IMG/VR virus record: IMGVR_UViG_3300032234_000149
Span: 1-25,354 of that record
Length of the DNA: 25,354 nt
Strand: one strand, 5' to 3'
Source: a virus
Taxonomy: Duplodnaviria > Caudoviricetes
Below are positions 18,301 to 25,354 of the stretch, piece after piece; within the stretch, counting starts at the first letter, position 1, and each line of letters opens with the position of its first letter. The position numbers and the translations under genes are program-made. The notes beneath the pieces were generated by a model. That model was given only the letters and a program-made list of their open reading frames with translations. It did not search any database and was not told the DNA's origin.

Positions 18301-19511
18301 GCGTAGAATCCTAGCCAGTCTTGGCTCTTAGCAGCATTGTCAAATTCTGAAGGCAATTCAATAGTTGCTTGATCAATGTCTAGGTTAATAACTTCTTCAC
18401 CATTAAGAATCAAAATTGCTGAATCGCCAACAAGCCTAATATGAACAAGCATTGGTCTAAACCAATCACCAACAAAATGTGAGGCTACAGACTTTCCTAT
18501 TTTAAGAGTTAGGAATGCTCCATCAACATACAACCCATCTGTAGATGCAATTGGACCAAAGATTCTTCTGGTGCCCAATGACTCTGCGTTTACTCTAATC
18601 CACATTTCTATTGTGTAGTTGTTGTATCTACCACGTTCGTTTAAGAATCCATACCCTGGAAAAATTAGGGAAGGATAGTTAATGTTATTATAAACATTTG
18701 GGCTTATCTTGGTTACGTTAGATGAACCAAAAACCAATGGCACACCAAAGTTCTTGGCAAATAGCTGAAAGCCTTGAGATAGGTAATATGCATTTTCTCC
18801 TGATGTTCCATATGGAAAAGCAGGCAGAGATTTAAAGTTAGATGGCAAAGCAATATCAAGTGGCATTGGGTTAGGTGTTACACCAAAAGATGTTTTGTTG
18901 AACTCTTCTGACCACTGTCCAACAGACAAACCATTAATAAAGAAATCATACCCTCCAGCAACATCTCCTTGAGAAACATTTACTTTGATAACAAGCTTTA
19001 TGTCTTCAGCAACAAGAGGGCCTGGTGGTAGATCAAAGGTGTTTGAGAAAAATGTCCATTTCCCTCTGTAGCTAGGTCTAACATTCTGAGTTGATAGAAC
19101 CTCAACTTCTTCTGAGGTTTCTACGTCAGTATATTTGTAGCCAATTGAAACGGTATTGGCAAGAGCAGTCTGTAAATTAATATACATGCCAATATTAAAA
19201 TTTGCAAGGGATGAAACAAGATCATCAGACAAAAGATACTGACTTGTAAGAACAATATCCATAGTTGGGGTAGGTGGAATAGCACCTATAATTCTAGAGG
19301 TAGCAGAGTCTAAGAAGGGTGCACCAAGAGCCCTACTAGATTCTGAAATGGCCTCAGCGTTAGTTAGTTGCCAAGTAGCAAATAGCTCAAACTGTCTTTC
19401 AGCTTCTGTAATTTGGGATACGTAATCTACCTGTTCATTTAGCATCCATAAAGCCAGGGGATGTTCAGAACTGGCTCTCTCAACATATAGATTAGATAGG
19501 GTGCTTGCCAT
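15393..19511 (-). CDS. Large virion structural / minor tail protein with a LamG/ConA-like region and two small beta-repeat inserts, 1372 aa
   Basis: Acidic, aromatic and beta-rich. HPLALWMLNE and YTIEMWIRVN...RRIFG...WFRPMLVHI...LILNGE resemble LamG-like folds. It has SD AGGAG. The exact role is not established. Confidence 0.65.
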   Translation of the reverse strand: MASTLSNLYVERASSEHPLALWMLNEQVDYVSQITEAERQFELFATWQLTNAEAISESSRALGAPFLDSATSRIIGAIPPTPTMDIVLTSQYLLSDDLVSSLANFNIGMYINLQTALANTVSIGYKYTDVETSEEVEVLSTQNVRPSYRGKWTFFSNTFDLPPGPLVAEDIKLVIKVNVSQGDVAGGYDFFINGLSVGQWSEEFNKTSFGVTPNPMPLDIALPSNFKSLPAFPYGTSGENAYYLSQGFQLFAKNFGVPLVFGSSNVTKISPNVYNNINYPSLIFPGYGFLNERGRYNNYTIEMWIRVNAESLGTRRIFGPIASTDGLYVDGAFLTLKIGKSVASHFVGDWFRPMLVHIRLVGDSAILILNGEEVINLDIDQATIELPSEFDNAAKSQDWLGFYAYEDVDPIDIDTFSIYSYSMPTDVAKRRWVWGQAVASPEQTNSSINSITAFNDYAFANYAANYNYPDFANWKQAFFSNVNAESRSLSLPDYALPDFRLGNKTVEELYAANFTPLLGQEPDRLIGENYITLSPGTGWESQTDYIYFENFAILNEPVQTVYGVFKTDGTEEDKPLLKITNKLNNNYILISIDQSTVSYKTNFDGTSYTVATKTIIPNEKFAVGLDIQKLSQSQDSEINRFFTDQSSLDMYVAGDGTDKFDGKIYRVGFDAAYNSRKTSWMYDDNGIVLPNIQYTITDAVFEDNEVTFTTSENHNYLIGDKLNISGIVSDPEDEFDLENQIVTRITDDTFTISNTADADYISGGTVTDSANILFKHTANYTLTSITKYDLAFPDIAVAGYWEDYMPLSYFSKAIVDYDEEFNYELDSIQFNQDFPQPPKSAASLQTSQWTYSDLQIEYSIPVILTYEDLNNEFYTGWENYEQMSQNSVRTNFYDTGDSVLRSYISFQRVKDGANRNLADFEVFAKPLTSGIIDPAGFDLDWQQAAFEVTSGTIIYPPTATYSTNNRINFEDYAIVYHLDFKSDGILHHPVRFKELQLASQVLERTDFTPVGSRFGIPVYYYTKNGLYYDLKAKNPIATYKKSTPYLYLDRHSGWKIRGEFSSLIDRGIAIPINLPAAEKTEVSSIQMWIRFAERDFPEDPIMVFSIEHNDGTYDFFIQADSSGKRGYIFGVNRETTEVLDDIGYYLNGQSVYAPFLVQEEWAVLGLEFSDLLDFSSRTGRISLNGPLTYNNISYNLATNIEKNETLQTRSWSDMLSIHIGGVTAVSSTGTEVTYTTTNTFIEGEVVTISGVIPDQFNVTNAVVTSATGNNFTIASTATGAYISGGTATSGKWEDLQTDLEVLDGSTPPYRWQQVKVISESRVFTIDPKAIYEKYTGSNRIVLDDESRGILIDPDRIRVFKDISWSERLKVPV

Positions 19512-19525
19512 TATTCTCCTACCTT

Positions 19526-19534
19526 ATTTTATCA
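19526..19534 (-). promoter_or_regulatory. Extended -10 TGATAAAAT
   Basis: Directly after a terminator and before the 1372-aa gene. Confidence 0.6.
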
Positions 19535-19542
19535 TACTAATA

Positions 19543-19573
19543 GAAATACCCTGCCAAATTAATGACAGGGTAT
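19543..19573 (-). terminator. Intrinsic terminator after the 73-aa gene
   Basis: Minus strand ATACCCTGTCA-TTAATT-TGGCAGGGTAT-TTC. Confidence 0.75.
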
Positions 19574-19587
19574 CCCTAGAGCTTTGT

Positions 19588-19809
19588 CTAGGCTGGTGGA
19601 AGCTTAGACAGCTCATCTTGGTGAACCTTAATGGCTGACTCAAGAATCTCTATTGACTTTTTAATACCTTCTACTTGTTCTTCTGTACCCACAGATTCTG
19701 CGGTCTTTAGATTAAGACTGTACTGATAAGCCTCTGAAGCAAACTGCTGAATGCGGTTTTCTAGCAAGCTTCTTTTTTGTTCTGGTGTTAGTAATGATGC
19801 GTAGTCCAT
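19588..19809 (-). CDS. Small helical / coiled-coil hypothetical protein, 73 aa
   Basis: Purine-rich SD, its own promoter and terminator, and a heptad pattern (IKKSIEILESAIKVHQDEL). Confidence 0.8.
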   Translation of the reverse strand: MDYASLLTPEQKRSLLENRIQQFASEAYQYSLNLKTAESVGTEEQVEGIKKSIEILESAIKVHQDELSKLPPA

Positions 19810-19829
19810 GATCCCTCTTTCCTTATAAT

Positions 19830-19838
19830 ATTATATCA
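19830..19838 (-). promoter_or_regulatory. Extended -10 promoter TGATATAAT
   Basis: Intergenic, upstream of the 73-aa gene. Confidence 0.7.
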
Positions 19839-19860
19839 GGGTTTGGGTGGTTTGTAAAGA

Positions 19861-21165
19861 CTAGGGAGTTAAATATCTAATAATAACTACGCCTGACCCA
19901 CCATTTCCTCCACGATTAGGAGATAAAGAAGTTGAATATCCAAAACCACCAGAACCACTTCCAGCTGGGCCATCAATAAAGGAAGATCCTCCAGCATAAG
20001 ATCCTTGGCCACCACGAGCTCTAATTATAGATGTTCCAGTAATAGAATTTGCAAGTCCAGCTCCTCCATATAATAAATCAGAGTTGGCTGCTTGAGACAC
20101 ACCTGCAGCTCCTGCACCACCACCACCACCGCCAGTATTGATATTGCTTGATGGATTTCCACCAGCAAAGCCTTGATTAGCTGTTCCTGCACCTCCAGGC
20201 GGTGTTCCAAACCTAAACGCTCCTCCACCACCAGAACCACCGCTGGCTCCTCCTACACCGCTTTCACCACTTGAACCACCACCACCACCTACTGTAGATA
20301 TTCCAGCAAAAGATGATGATACTCCAGATGTTCCATTTACACTAACGCTGGTTGCACCTGGTGCACCTCCACCAACAACAACTGCATAGCTTCCTTGTGC
20401 TGGAAGACTTAAGATTGCTTCTGCGGAAGCACCACCACCAGACTGAGCTCCTACAACAGAAGTGCGATAACCACCTGCTCCTCCACCACCAGTTGTTGCA
20501 TTTGCATTATAATTAACAAGACCACCAGCACCTCCACCAGCAATAACCAAGTACTCGCACTGAAGTGGTCTTGTAGTCGTAAAGGTTCCAGACGAATTAA
20601 AAGTATGAATTGTATAGCCACCAGAAGTAGTTATTGTTCCACCATAGGCTGGCTGTAAATTAATGATTCCGTCAGTTCCACGTCTAATGCCATAAAGAGA
20701 AACCGAGGATCCAATAGCTAAAGCAGAGGTGCCGCTAATAGTCAAACTAGTTATTGGTTCAGTATTATTCCATAAACCAGTCCATATATCTTGAAATGAT
20801 GTAGTTGCATTATTTTCATTTACTGCATCTACTGAATAACTTTTTATTAAGTTAGACCTGTAGTTTGGTATAAGCATTTGATTGTTTGAAAAGGCATTGG
20901 CTGTAGTATTGTTACCGTTGTTTATTCCACCTAAGGCTAGGGTATTAGTGCCAACTGCCGTAGAAGATCCATCACCCTGAAGCAATCTATAACTAAAATT
21001 AGAACTTAAATTATTGAAAAAAATTGAAGTTTTTGTGGTATTTTCTGACACATATCTAGTTGACCAAACAACATATAAATCATCATAGTTTTGTGGGATA
21101 GAGTTAAATTGAATAGCATTTTGGGCTGACCCTAACTCAATTGTTTGAATATGATACTTTAACAT
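19861..21165 (-). CDS. SLYGI-domain + glycine-rich domain protein (putative fibre/adhesin), 434 aa
   Basis: An N-terminal ~160-aa domain ending SVSLYGI, then GGYTIHTFNSSGTF...EYLVIAGGG...GGSGVVIIRY. Paralog of 22856..24205. Confidence 0.7.
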   Translation of the reverse strand: MLKYHIQTIELGSAQNAIQFNSIPQNYDDLYVVWSTRYVSENTTKTSIFFNNLSSNFSYRLLQGDGSSTAVGTNTLALGGINNGNNTTANAFSNNQMLIPNYRSNLIKSYSVDAVNENNATTSFQDIWTGLWNNTEPITSLTISGTSALAIGSSVSLYGIRRGTDGIINLQPAYGGTITTSGGYTIHTFNSSGTFTTTRPLQCEYLVIAGGGAGGLVNYNANATTGGGGAGGYRTSVVGAQSGGGASAEAILSLPAQGSYAVVVGGGAPGATSVSVNGTSGVSSSFAGISTVGGGGGSSGESGVGGASGGSGGGGAFRFGTPPGGAGTANQGFAGGNPSSNINTGGGGGGAGAAGVSQAANSDLLYGGAGLANSITGTSIIRARGGQGSYAGGSSFIDGPAGSGSGGFGYSTSLSPNRGGNGGSGVVIIRYLTP

Positions 21166-21632
21166 TAGGCAATCCTACCGTAAAGACTAAAAGTTGTTCC
21201 AATTGGAAAATTACCAACTTTTTCAATTAACAAAGATGTAACTTGAGATGTTGATGCCCACCTTGAACCTGCCACCATCAAGGATGCAATTCCTTCGTTT
21301 CCCCTAACCAAAATTGTTTTATGTTTATCAGTAGAACTGTAATCCATAACTGTATATATAAAAAATCTTTGAAGGTTAGAACTTGTTGTTCCTCTAATAA
21401 GCGTATCTGTATAAGAAAGGCCAGAAGTGTTTCCACTAAAAGCATACAATATGCTTGAAGAATAGTTTGAGTTATCATTATTAATTTTAAGAGTCTCTCC
21501 ATTATCAGAAGCTGGAGACTGTGTTACTAAAACCAAGTCACGATAATTTTGCGAAATATCAAAAAAATTTACTGATGGAACTGCCTGCTGCAAAGTAATT
21601 GAAGATAAAGCCATCATTGACTGAAGTGCCAT
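21165..21632 (-). CDS. SLYGI-domain small virion protein, 155 aa
   Basis: Paralog of 24205..24696 (SITL..A..SV.F..I.QNYRDL; DYS..DKHKT.L; RWAS; TFSLYG). Confidence 0.7.
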   Translation of the reverse strand: MALQSMMALSSITLQQAVPSVNFFDISQNYRDLVLVTQSPASDNGETLKINNDNSNYSSSILYAFSGNTSGLSYTDTLIRGTTSSNLQRFFIYTVMDYSSTDKHKTILVRGNEGIASLMVAGSRWASTSQVTSLLIEKVGNFPIGTTFSLYGRIA

Positions 21633-22219
21633 TACGCTGTCACCCCATAAAGAGAGAATCTGGTTCCTTGTACAAGATTTGCAGAGTTACCACTAAAAAT
21701 TCTAATTTGGTTTATTGCAGCAGTATTTCTCCAAAGACTACTGGCTAGTCCCACTTGAACTCCTGCACTTCCATTAAAAGCCCTAACAGTTTTAAATTTA
21801 TTAGTTGAAAAAGCATCTAAAATATCTATTTCAGTGGCTGAATAAGCTCCTGCAGGTGCAGTACTAGCTGGCCCATCTATGTCAGAACCAAAGGTGGTAT
21901 TGGCCAAGCCATAGCTCCCTGCTGATGAGCCAGTACCAAATAGTGCGTGTCTTGTATAATTAGTGCCAGCATCTCCATTAAAACGATAAGCAATAAAATC
22001 AAGTGCTCCGCCATTGCTTGTTCTTGCTGTTCCGCATATTTTTAAATGTCTATAAATACCAATGTGTTGACTTAGATTGCTAAAAACAATATCTGTAGCA
22101 CCACCAACACCAACTATCGCTGTTTCAATCAAATACTCAGAGGACGGCACAATGCCAGCTGACATAGATGTATATTTAGTGTCATTAACTATTGAGGATT
22201 GAGCAGCTGATCTTATCAT
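21632..22219 (-). CDS. SLYGI-domain small virion protein, 195 aa
   Basis: Paralog of 24696..25316 (LIE....FSNL.Q...Y.H; IDILDA; RFSLYG). Confidence 0.7.
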   Translation of the reverse strand: MIRSAAQSSIVNDTKYTSMSAGIVPSSEYLIETAIVGVGGATDIVFSNLSQHIGIYRHLKICGTARTSNGGALDFIAYRFNGDAGTNYTRHALFGTGSSAGSYGLANTTFGSDIDGPASTAPAGAYSATEIDILDAFSTNKFKTVRAFNGSAGVQVGLASSLWRNTAAINQIRIFSGNSANLVQGTRFSLYGVTA

Positions 22220-22229
22220 ACCCTGCCCC

Positions 22230-22469
22230 TTAGATAACTAGGGTAGCTGCTTCTTCTTCAGTGAGTGGCTGTCCAGCTACAAGCTTAGCTCTTGCTGAGC
22301 TTTTAAGAGTAGCAACTCTAGCCTCTTCAGCCAGACGTGTTTCTTCTGCAGTTGCAGCTTCAATAGCCATCTGCTCACGTTCTGCGATTTCTTCAGCAGA
22401 TAGTGGAAGGTATTTCTGTTCGCCAGTCTCGCAGTTAACGACTAGCTTCATAAGTGTTTCTTCAGACAT
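22230..22469 (-). CDS. Small hypothetical protein (possible fibre-associated chaperone), 79 aa
   Basis: VNCETGE...LSAEEIAERE...ARAKL...LTEEE; 8-nt overlap with the upstream gene. Confidence 0.65.
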   Translation of the reverse strand: MSEETLMKLVVNCETGEQKYLPLSAEEIAEREQMAIEAATAEETRLAEEARVATLKSSARAKLVAGQPLTEEEAATLVI

Positions 22470-22803
22470 TAGTTTCTACTTCTTTCCATGTTAGTGTTTC
22501 TTCGTCCCAATTATATACCCTGCCATCTTGAGGGTATGGAATTGGTGACATCCATTTCGCTGTAACTTCATTAAGAGTCCAGGATGGAAAAGGCTGGGGA
22601 GCAATAAAGGCATCAAGATCTTCGTCATAGCGATATCCTATTCCTGCATAATTTTTACGGAAGGTTGCGTTATAACTTGTCTGAACCCATGTGCCACCAA
22701 GGTTTTCTACAAACCAATCGTAGCCCTCATTAGGCATATTGTTATCTCCAACAAGCACACGTGTGACAATATTGTTTTCGTCTAATTCTGCAAAGTGACT
22801 AAT
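22462..22803 (-). CDS. Trp/Pro-rich hypothetical protein associated with Gly-rich fibre genes (possible fibre assembly protein), ~113 aa
   Basis: HFAELDENNIVTRVLV, WVQTSYN..FRKNYAGIGY.YD...DAFIAPQPFPSW and YNWDE. The start is uncertain: TTG at 22812 in the track versus ATT at 22803. Confidence 0.7.
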   Translation of the reverse strand: MSHFAELDENNIVTRVLVGDNNMPNEGYDWFVENLGGTWVQTSYNATFRKNYAGIGYRYDEDLDAFIAPQPFPSWTLNEVTAKWMSPIPYPQDGRVYNWDEETLTWKEVETNV

Positions 22804-22823
22804 TTTGATCAACTCCTTTTTTA

Positions 22824-22832
22824 ATTATATCA
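22824..22832 (-). promoter_or_regulatory. Extended -10 promoter TGATATAAT
   Basis: Intergenic, followed by SD AAGGAG. Confidence 0.7.
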
Positions 22833-22855
22833 TAATGTGGTTTAAAAGTATAGTA

Positions 22856-24205
22856 TTATGCCTTGTATCTAATGATTACGATTCCAGAGCCGCCAGCTCC
22901 AGAGGTACCAGTATTAGTGCCACCTGTTCCTCCACCGCCACTTCCAGTATTTGCAAGCCCTGATGTAGGTGCAATGCTTAGACCACCGTTTCCACCGCCG
23001 CCAGAGCCACCAGTAGCAACCGCAACGCTTCCAGAACCACCGCCACCACCGCCAGCCCTAGTAATCGCAGAGCCCGTTATGCTTGAAGTAACTCCAGCGC
23101 CACCGTTTCCTACACCTGAAGTATTTACAACTCCCGTGCCTGCTGACCCAGCACCACCACCACCACCAGCGTTTCCAAAATTAACGTAGTTATGGAAAGA
23201 GGAACCACCCGCAAAACCTTGATTAGTGGTACCAGAGCCACCTGCCCTTGTCTGTTCACCTCCAGGGGAAATACCAGCACCGCTTCCAGAACCACCAAGT
23301 ACTCCGATTCCAGAATTAAAGTTAATCTGACCACCAGCACCACCACCAATTGCAGTGATAGAACTAAACGTACTTGGATTACCGCTGATACCTAGTGTAT
23401 TGGCTCCAACACCAGAACCACCCGCACCCACTGTAACCATATGGCTAGTTCTTGCGGCAAGAGAAAGTCTTGCCTCTGCAGATGAACCGCCACCTGAAAT
23501 CTCACCAAAGACAGATGAGCGATAACCTCCAGCACCACCACCACCTCCACGGTCATGGCCACCGCCACTGCCGCCTCCAGCAATGACTAAGTACTGACAC
23601 TCTAAATCTTCCTGTGTGTAAAAGGTCCCAGACCCAGTGAAGCTGTGCACCCAGTAACCATTAGCAAAGCTAATCTGACCACCAACAGCCTTAGGTGCGC
23701 CAATCGCCTGCTGACGGTCAATGCCGTAAAGTGAAAAGCTGCTGTTAGGAACGTAGTTATGCGAAAATATTGTAAAGCTTACTGAGGTGATTGCGTTATT
23801 ATTCGCCCAAATGCCAGCCAAAATTTCTTGGTTAGATTGAGTTCCATTGTGTTCGGTGACGCTATTAATGGATATGCCTTTACTTTGAGAAAGCCTGTAG
23901 TTTGGTATATATACTGAAATATTTCCGAACGTGTTGGCGGTAGCTCCATCTCCTGGAAAAGATGCGTAATATCCATCAGAACCAGCATTAACGTTGGTCG
24001 TTGATCCATTTCCAAACAAAGACCTAAAGCTTATACTATTGCTACCATTGAGCGTCATGGCACCGCCATTTATTATTTGACCAGCTCCACTACCCCTGGG
24101 CGAAATAAGAAAAATAAGGTCATCAAAAATTTGCGGTATAGATGTAAATTCTACAGTTGCAGAATTTGAGGTGAGTTCTTTGCGTTCAATAAGTGTGTAT
24201 GACAT
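22856..24205 (-). CDS. SLYGI-domain + glycine-rich domain protein (putative fibre/adhesin), 449 aa
   Basis: An N-terminal domain ending SFSLYGI, then GYWVHSFTGSGTF...QYLVIAGGG...GGSGIVIIRY. Confidence 0.7.
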   Translation of the reverse strand: MSYTLIERKELTSNSATVEFTSIPQIFDDLIFLISPRGSGAGQIINGGAMTLNGSNSISFRSLFGNGSTTNVNAGSDGYYASFPGDGATANTFGNISVYIPNYRLSQSKGISINSVTEHNGTQSNQEILAGIWANNNAITSVSFTIFSHNYVPNSSFSLYGIDRQQAIGAPKAVGGQISFANGYWVHSFTGSGTFYTQEDLECQYLVIAGGGSGGGHDRGGGGGAGGYRSSVFGEISGGGSSAEARLSLAARTSHMVTVGAGGSGVGANTLGISGNPSTFSSITAIGGGAGGQINFNSGIGVLGGSGSGAGISPGGEQTRAGGSGTTNQGFAGGSSFHNYVNFGNAGGGGGAGSAGTGVVNTSGVGNGGAGVTSSITGSAITRAGGGGGGSGSVAVATGGSGGGGNGGLSIAPTSGLANTGSGGGGTGGTNTGTSGAGGSGIVIIRYKA

Positions 24206-24696
24206 TACGCCTCGATTCCATAAAGGGTAAAGGTCGATCCAGCGTTCCAGTTGGCACCAGTATCAACACGACAGATGAGAGACGTAACCGCTTCATTGCT
24301 TGCCCATCTAGTTGCGCCATACCTAACCCTACTATCGCTTGCCGTGTTATGTTTAGATAAAACGGTTTTATGTTTATCATTTGCTGAATAATCAATAATA
24401 TCTACTATATTAACAACAACTCCAGTATTAATTGCATATCCAACAATGTGCCCGCTGTCATTAAAAGCAGCTGAAGATAAAGATCCCCCGTCAGCCGCCA
24501 TTACAACACCAGCGTAGTTAGAGCCGGAATCGTTATTCATTCTCACCTGCAATGAATTTATGCTAGTGTTTGTGCTGGTGCCAGTCTGGATTAGAGCCAA
24601 GTCCCTATAATTTTGTGGGATATTGCTAAAAGTCACAGATGAGCTTGCAGCAGCAAGAGTCACGCTGTTTAACTGAATGTATGTAGGCTTTGGCAT
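24205..24696 (-). CDS. SLYGI-domain small virion protein, 163 aa
   Basis: SVTLAAASSSVTFSNIPQNYRDL...GSTFTLYGI; TAATG-coupled on both sides. Confidence 0.7.
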   Translation of the reverse strand: MPKPTYIQLNSVTLAAASSSVTFSNIPQNYRDLALIQTGTSTNTSINSLQVRMNNDSGSNYAGVVMAADGGSLSSAAFNDSGHIVGYAINTGVVVNIVDIIDYSANDKHKTVLSKHNTASDSRVRYGATRWASNEAVTSLICRVDTGANWNAGSTFTLYGIEA

Positions 24697-25316
24697 TATC
24701 GTATTCCGTAAAGAGAGAAGCGGGAGCCCGATACAAAAACGGTTCCGAGTAAAGGTTCTAGAATAAGAGTAGAAATTGCCTGGCTATTAATCCACAACAT
24801 GGAGGAAAGTGAAATTCTAACAGCAGCATAGTCCGCAACTGCAGTATTCGAATGATGATAGCCAGATAAGCATTTTAAAGTTTTATTTTTACTCGAATAT
24901 GCGTCTAAGATATCAATAACGCCAACACCAAAATTACCAGAGGCCCCAATGCTAGTAGTGGTATTTCCTAGACCAGTAGCACCAAGTGACTGGTCAGAGA
25001 CTACGCCTGACTGAAAGCCAGATGTTCCTCCGCCAGAAAGAATATGAGCATTATAATTCGTTGTATCAGAATTAAACCTTATTTTCAGAACATCATTTGC
25101 AAAAGTTGTTCTATTTGTTCTTGCGGTATATCTTATTTGGAAATGCTTGTAATCAGTCGCATATTGATTCAAATTACTGAATGTGACACTTGATGCGCCA
25201 GAAGCTAAAAAGACAGACTCAATTAATTCAAAATCCTGAAAGCTGTATCCAGCTAGCATGCTATTAGTTTTTTGGGTAGACCTAACGCTAGAACGCTTTA
25301 AGCTTTTTACAGCCAT
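24696..25316 (-). CDS. SLYGI-domain small virion protein, 206 aa
   Basis: FELIESVFL....SSVTFSNLNQY...GSRFSLYGI; SD AAGGGG. Confidence 0.7.
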   Translation of the reverse strand: MAVKSLKRSSVRSTQKTNSMLAGYSFQDFELIESVFLASGASSVTFSNLNQYATDYKHFQIRYTARTNRTTFANDVLKIRFNSDTTNYNAHILSGGGTSGFQSGVVSDQSLGATGLGNTTTSIGASGNFGVGVIDILDAYSSKNKTLKCLSGYHHSNTAVADYAAVRISLSSMLWINSQAISTLILEPLLGTVFVSGSRFSLYGIR

Positions 25317-25324
25317 TTTACCCC

Positions 25325-25354
25325 TTAGTTAACTTCAGAACCAAATACATTAAA
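25325..25354 (-). CDS. 3' end of an upstream gene (…FNVFGSEVN*), truncated by the window edge
   Basis: Open frame from the edge to TAA at 25325-25327, 8 nt before the next start; only 9 sense codons are visible. Confidence 0.5.
   Translation of the reverse strand, partial: FNVFGSEVN

Noticed and set aside
19861-24205. Paired Gly-rich genes as a diversity-generating retroelement, or ccacca runs as a CRISPR array
   Set aside because: There is no reverse transcriptase in the window, no near-identical pair differing only at adenines that I could see, and no fixed repeat-spacer period. The runs are Gly codons.
6331-24395. Other 60-110 aa ORFs overlapping the structural genes on either strand (e.g. 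7216, 7278, 10922, 11422, 12448, 22863)
   Set aside because: These are shadow ORFs of well-supported genes; the Pro-rich 22863..23189 is simply the antisense of Gly codons.
1-25354. Stop-codon reassignment, suggested by frequent plus-strand 'tag' and the apparent 6-kb gap in the ORF track
   Set aside because: The gap is the edge-truncated TMP. Minus-strand genes are intact under the standard code, and TAG ends several genes at sensible positions.
1-25354. tRNA, rRNA, integrase or transposase
   Set aside because: All intergenic gaps are about 80 bp or less and are mostly explained by promoters, SDs or terminators; no such coding motifs were seen.

Overview
This window is a virion morphogenesis module of a large tailed dsDNA phage (siphovirus-type), encoded entirely on the minus strand. 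Read right to left, it has two paralogous three-gene cassettes of small 'SLYGI'-domain proteins, each ending in a Gly-rich protein (putative fibre/adhesin parts). These are followed by a 1372-aa structural protein, a hypothetical gene, portal, prohead protease/scaffold, HK97-fold major capsid, neck proteins, major tail protein and two tail chaperones. The last gene is a tape measure protein (TMP) of more than 1965 aa that runs off the left edge and is missing from the supplied ORF track. Gene style, leaderless starts and TGnTATAAT promoters suggest an Actinobacteria-infecting phage (inference). The most notable signal is inside the TMP: a ~298-aa HipA/PI3-4K-like kinase domain sits between two copies of a 55-aa repeat, possibly followed by a second cargo region, which looks like a modular effector cassette injected with the TMP. 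Other oddities are G/GT chaperones apparently made by gene duplication rather than frameshift, a nested scaffold start, and a probable AUU start codon. All calls come from manual translation and motif recognition; no searches were run.
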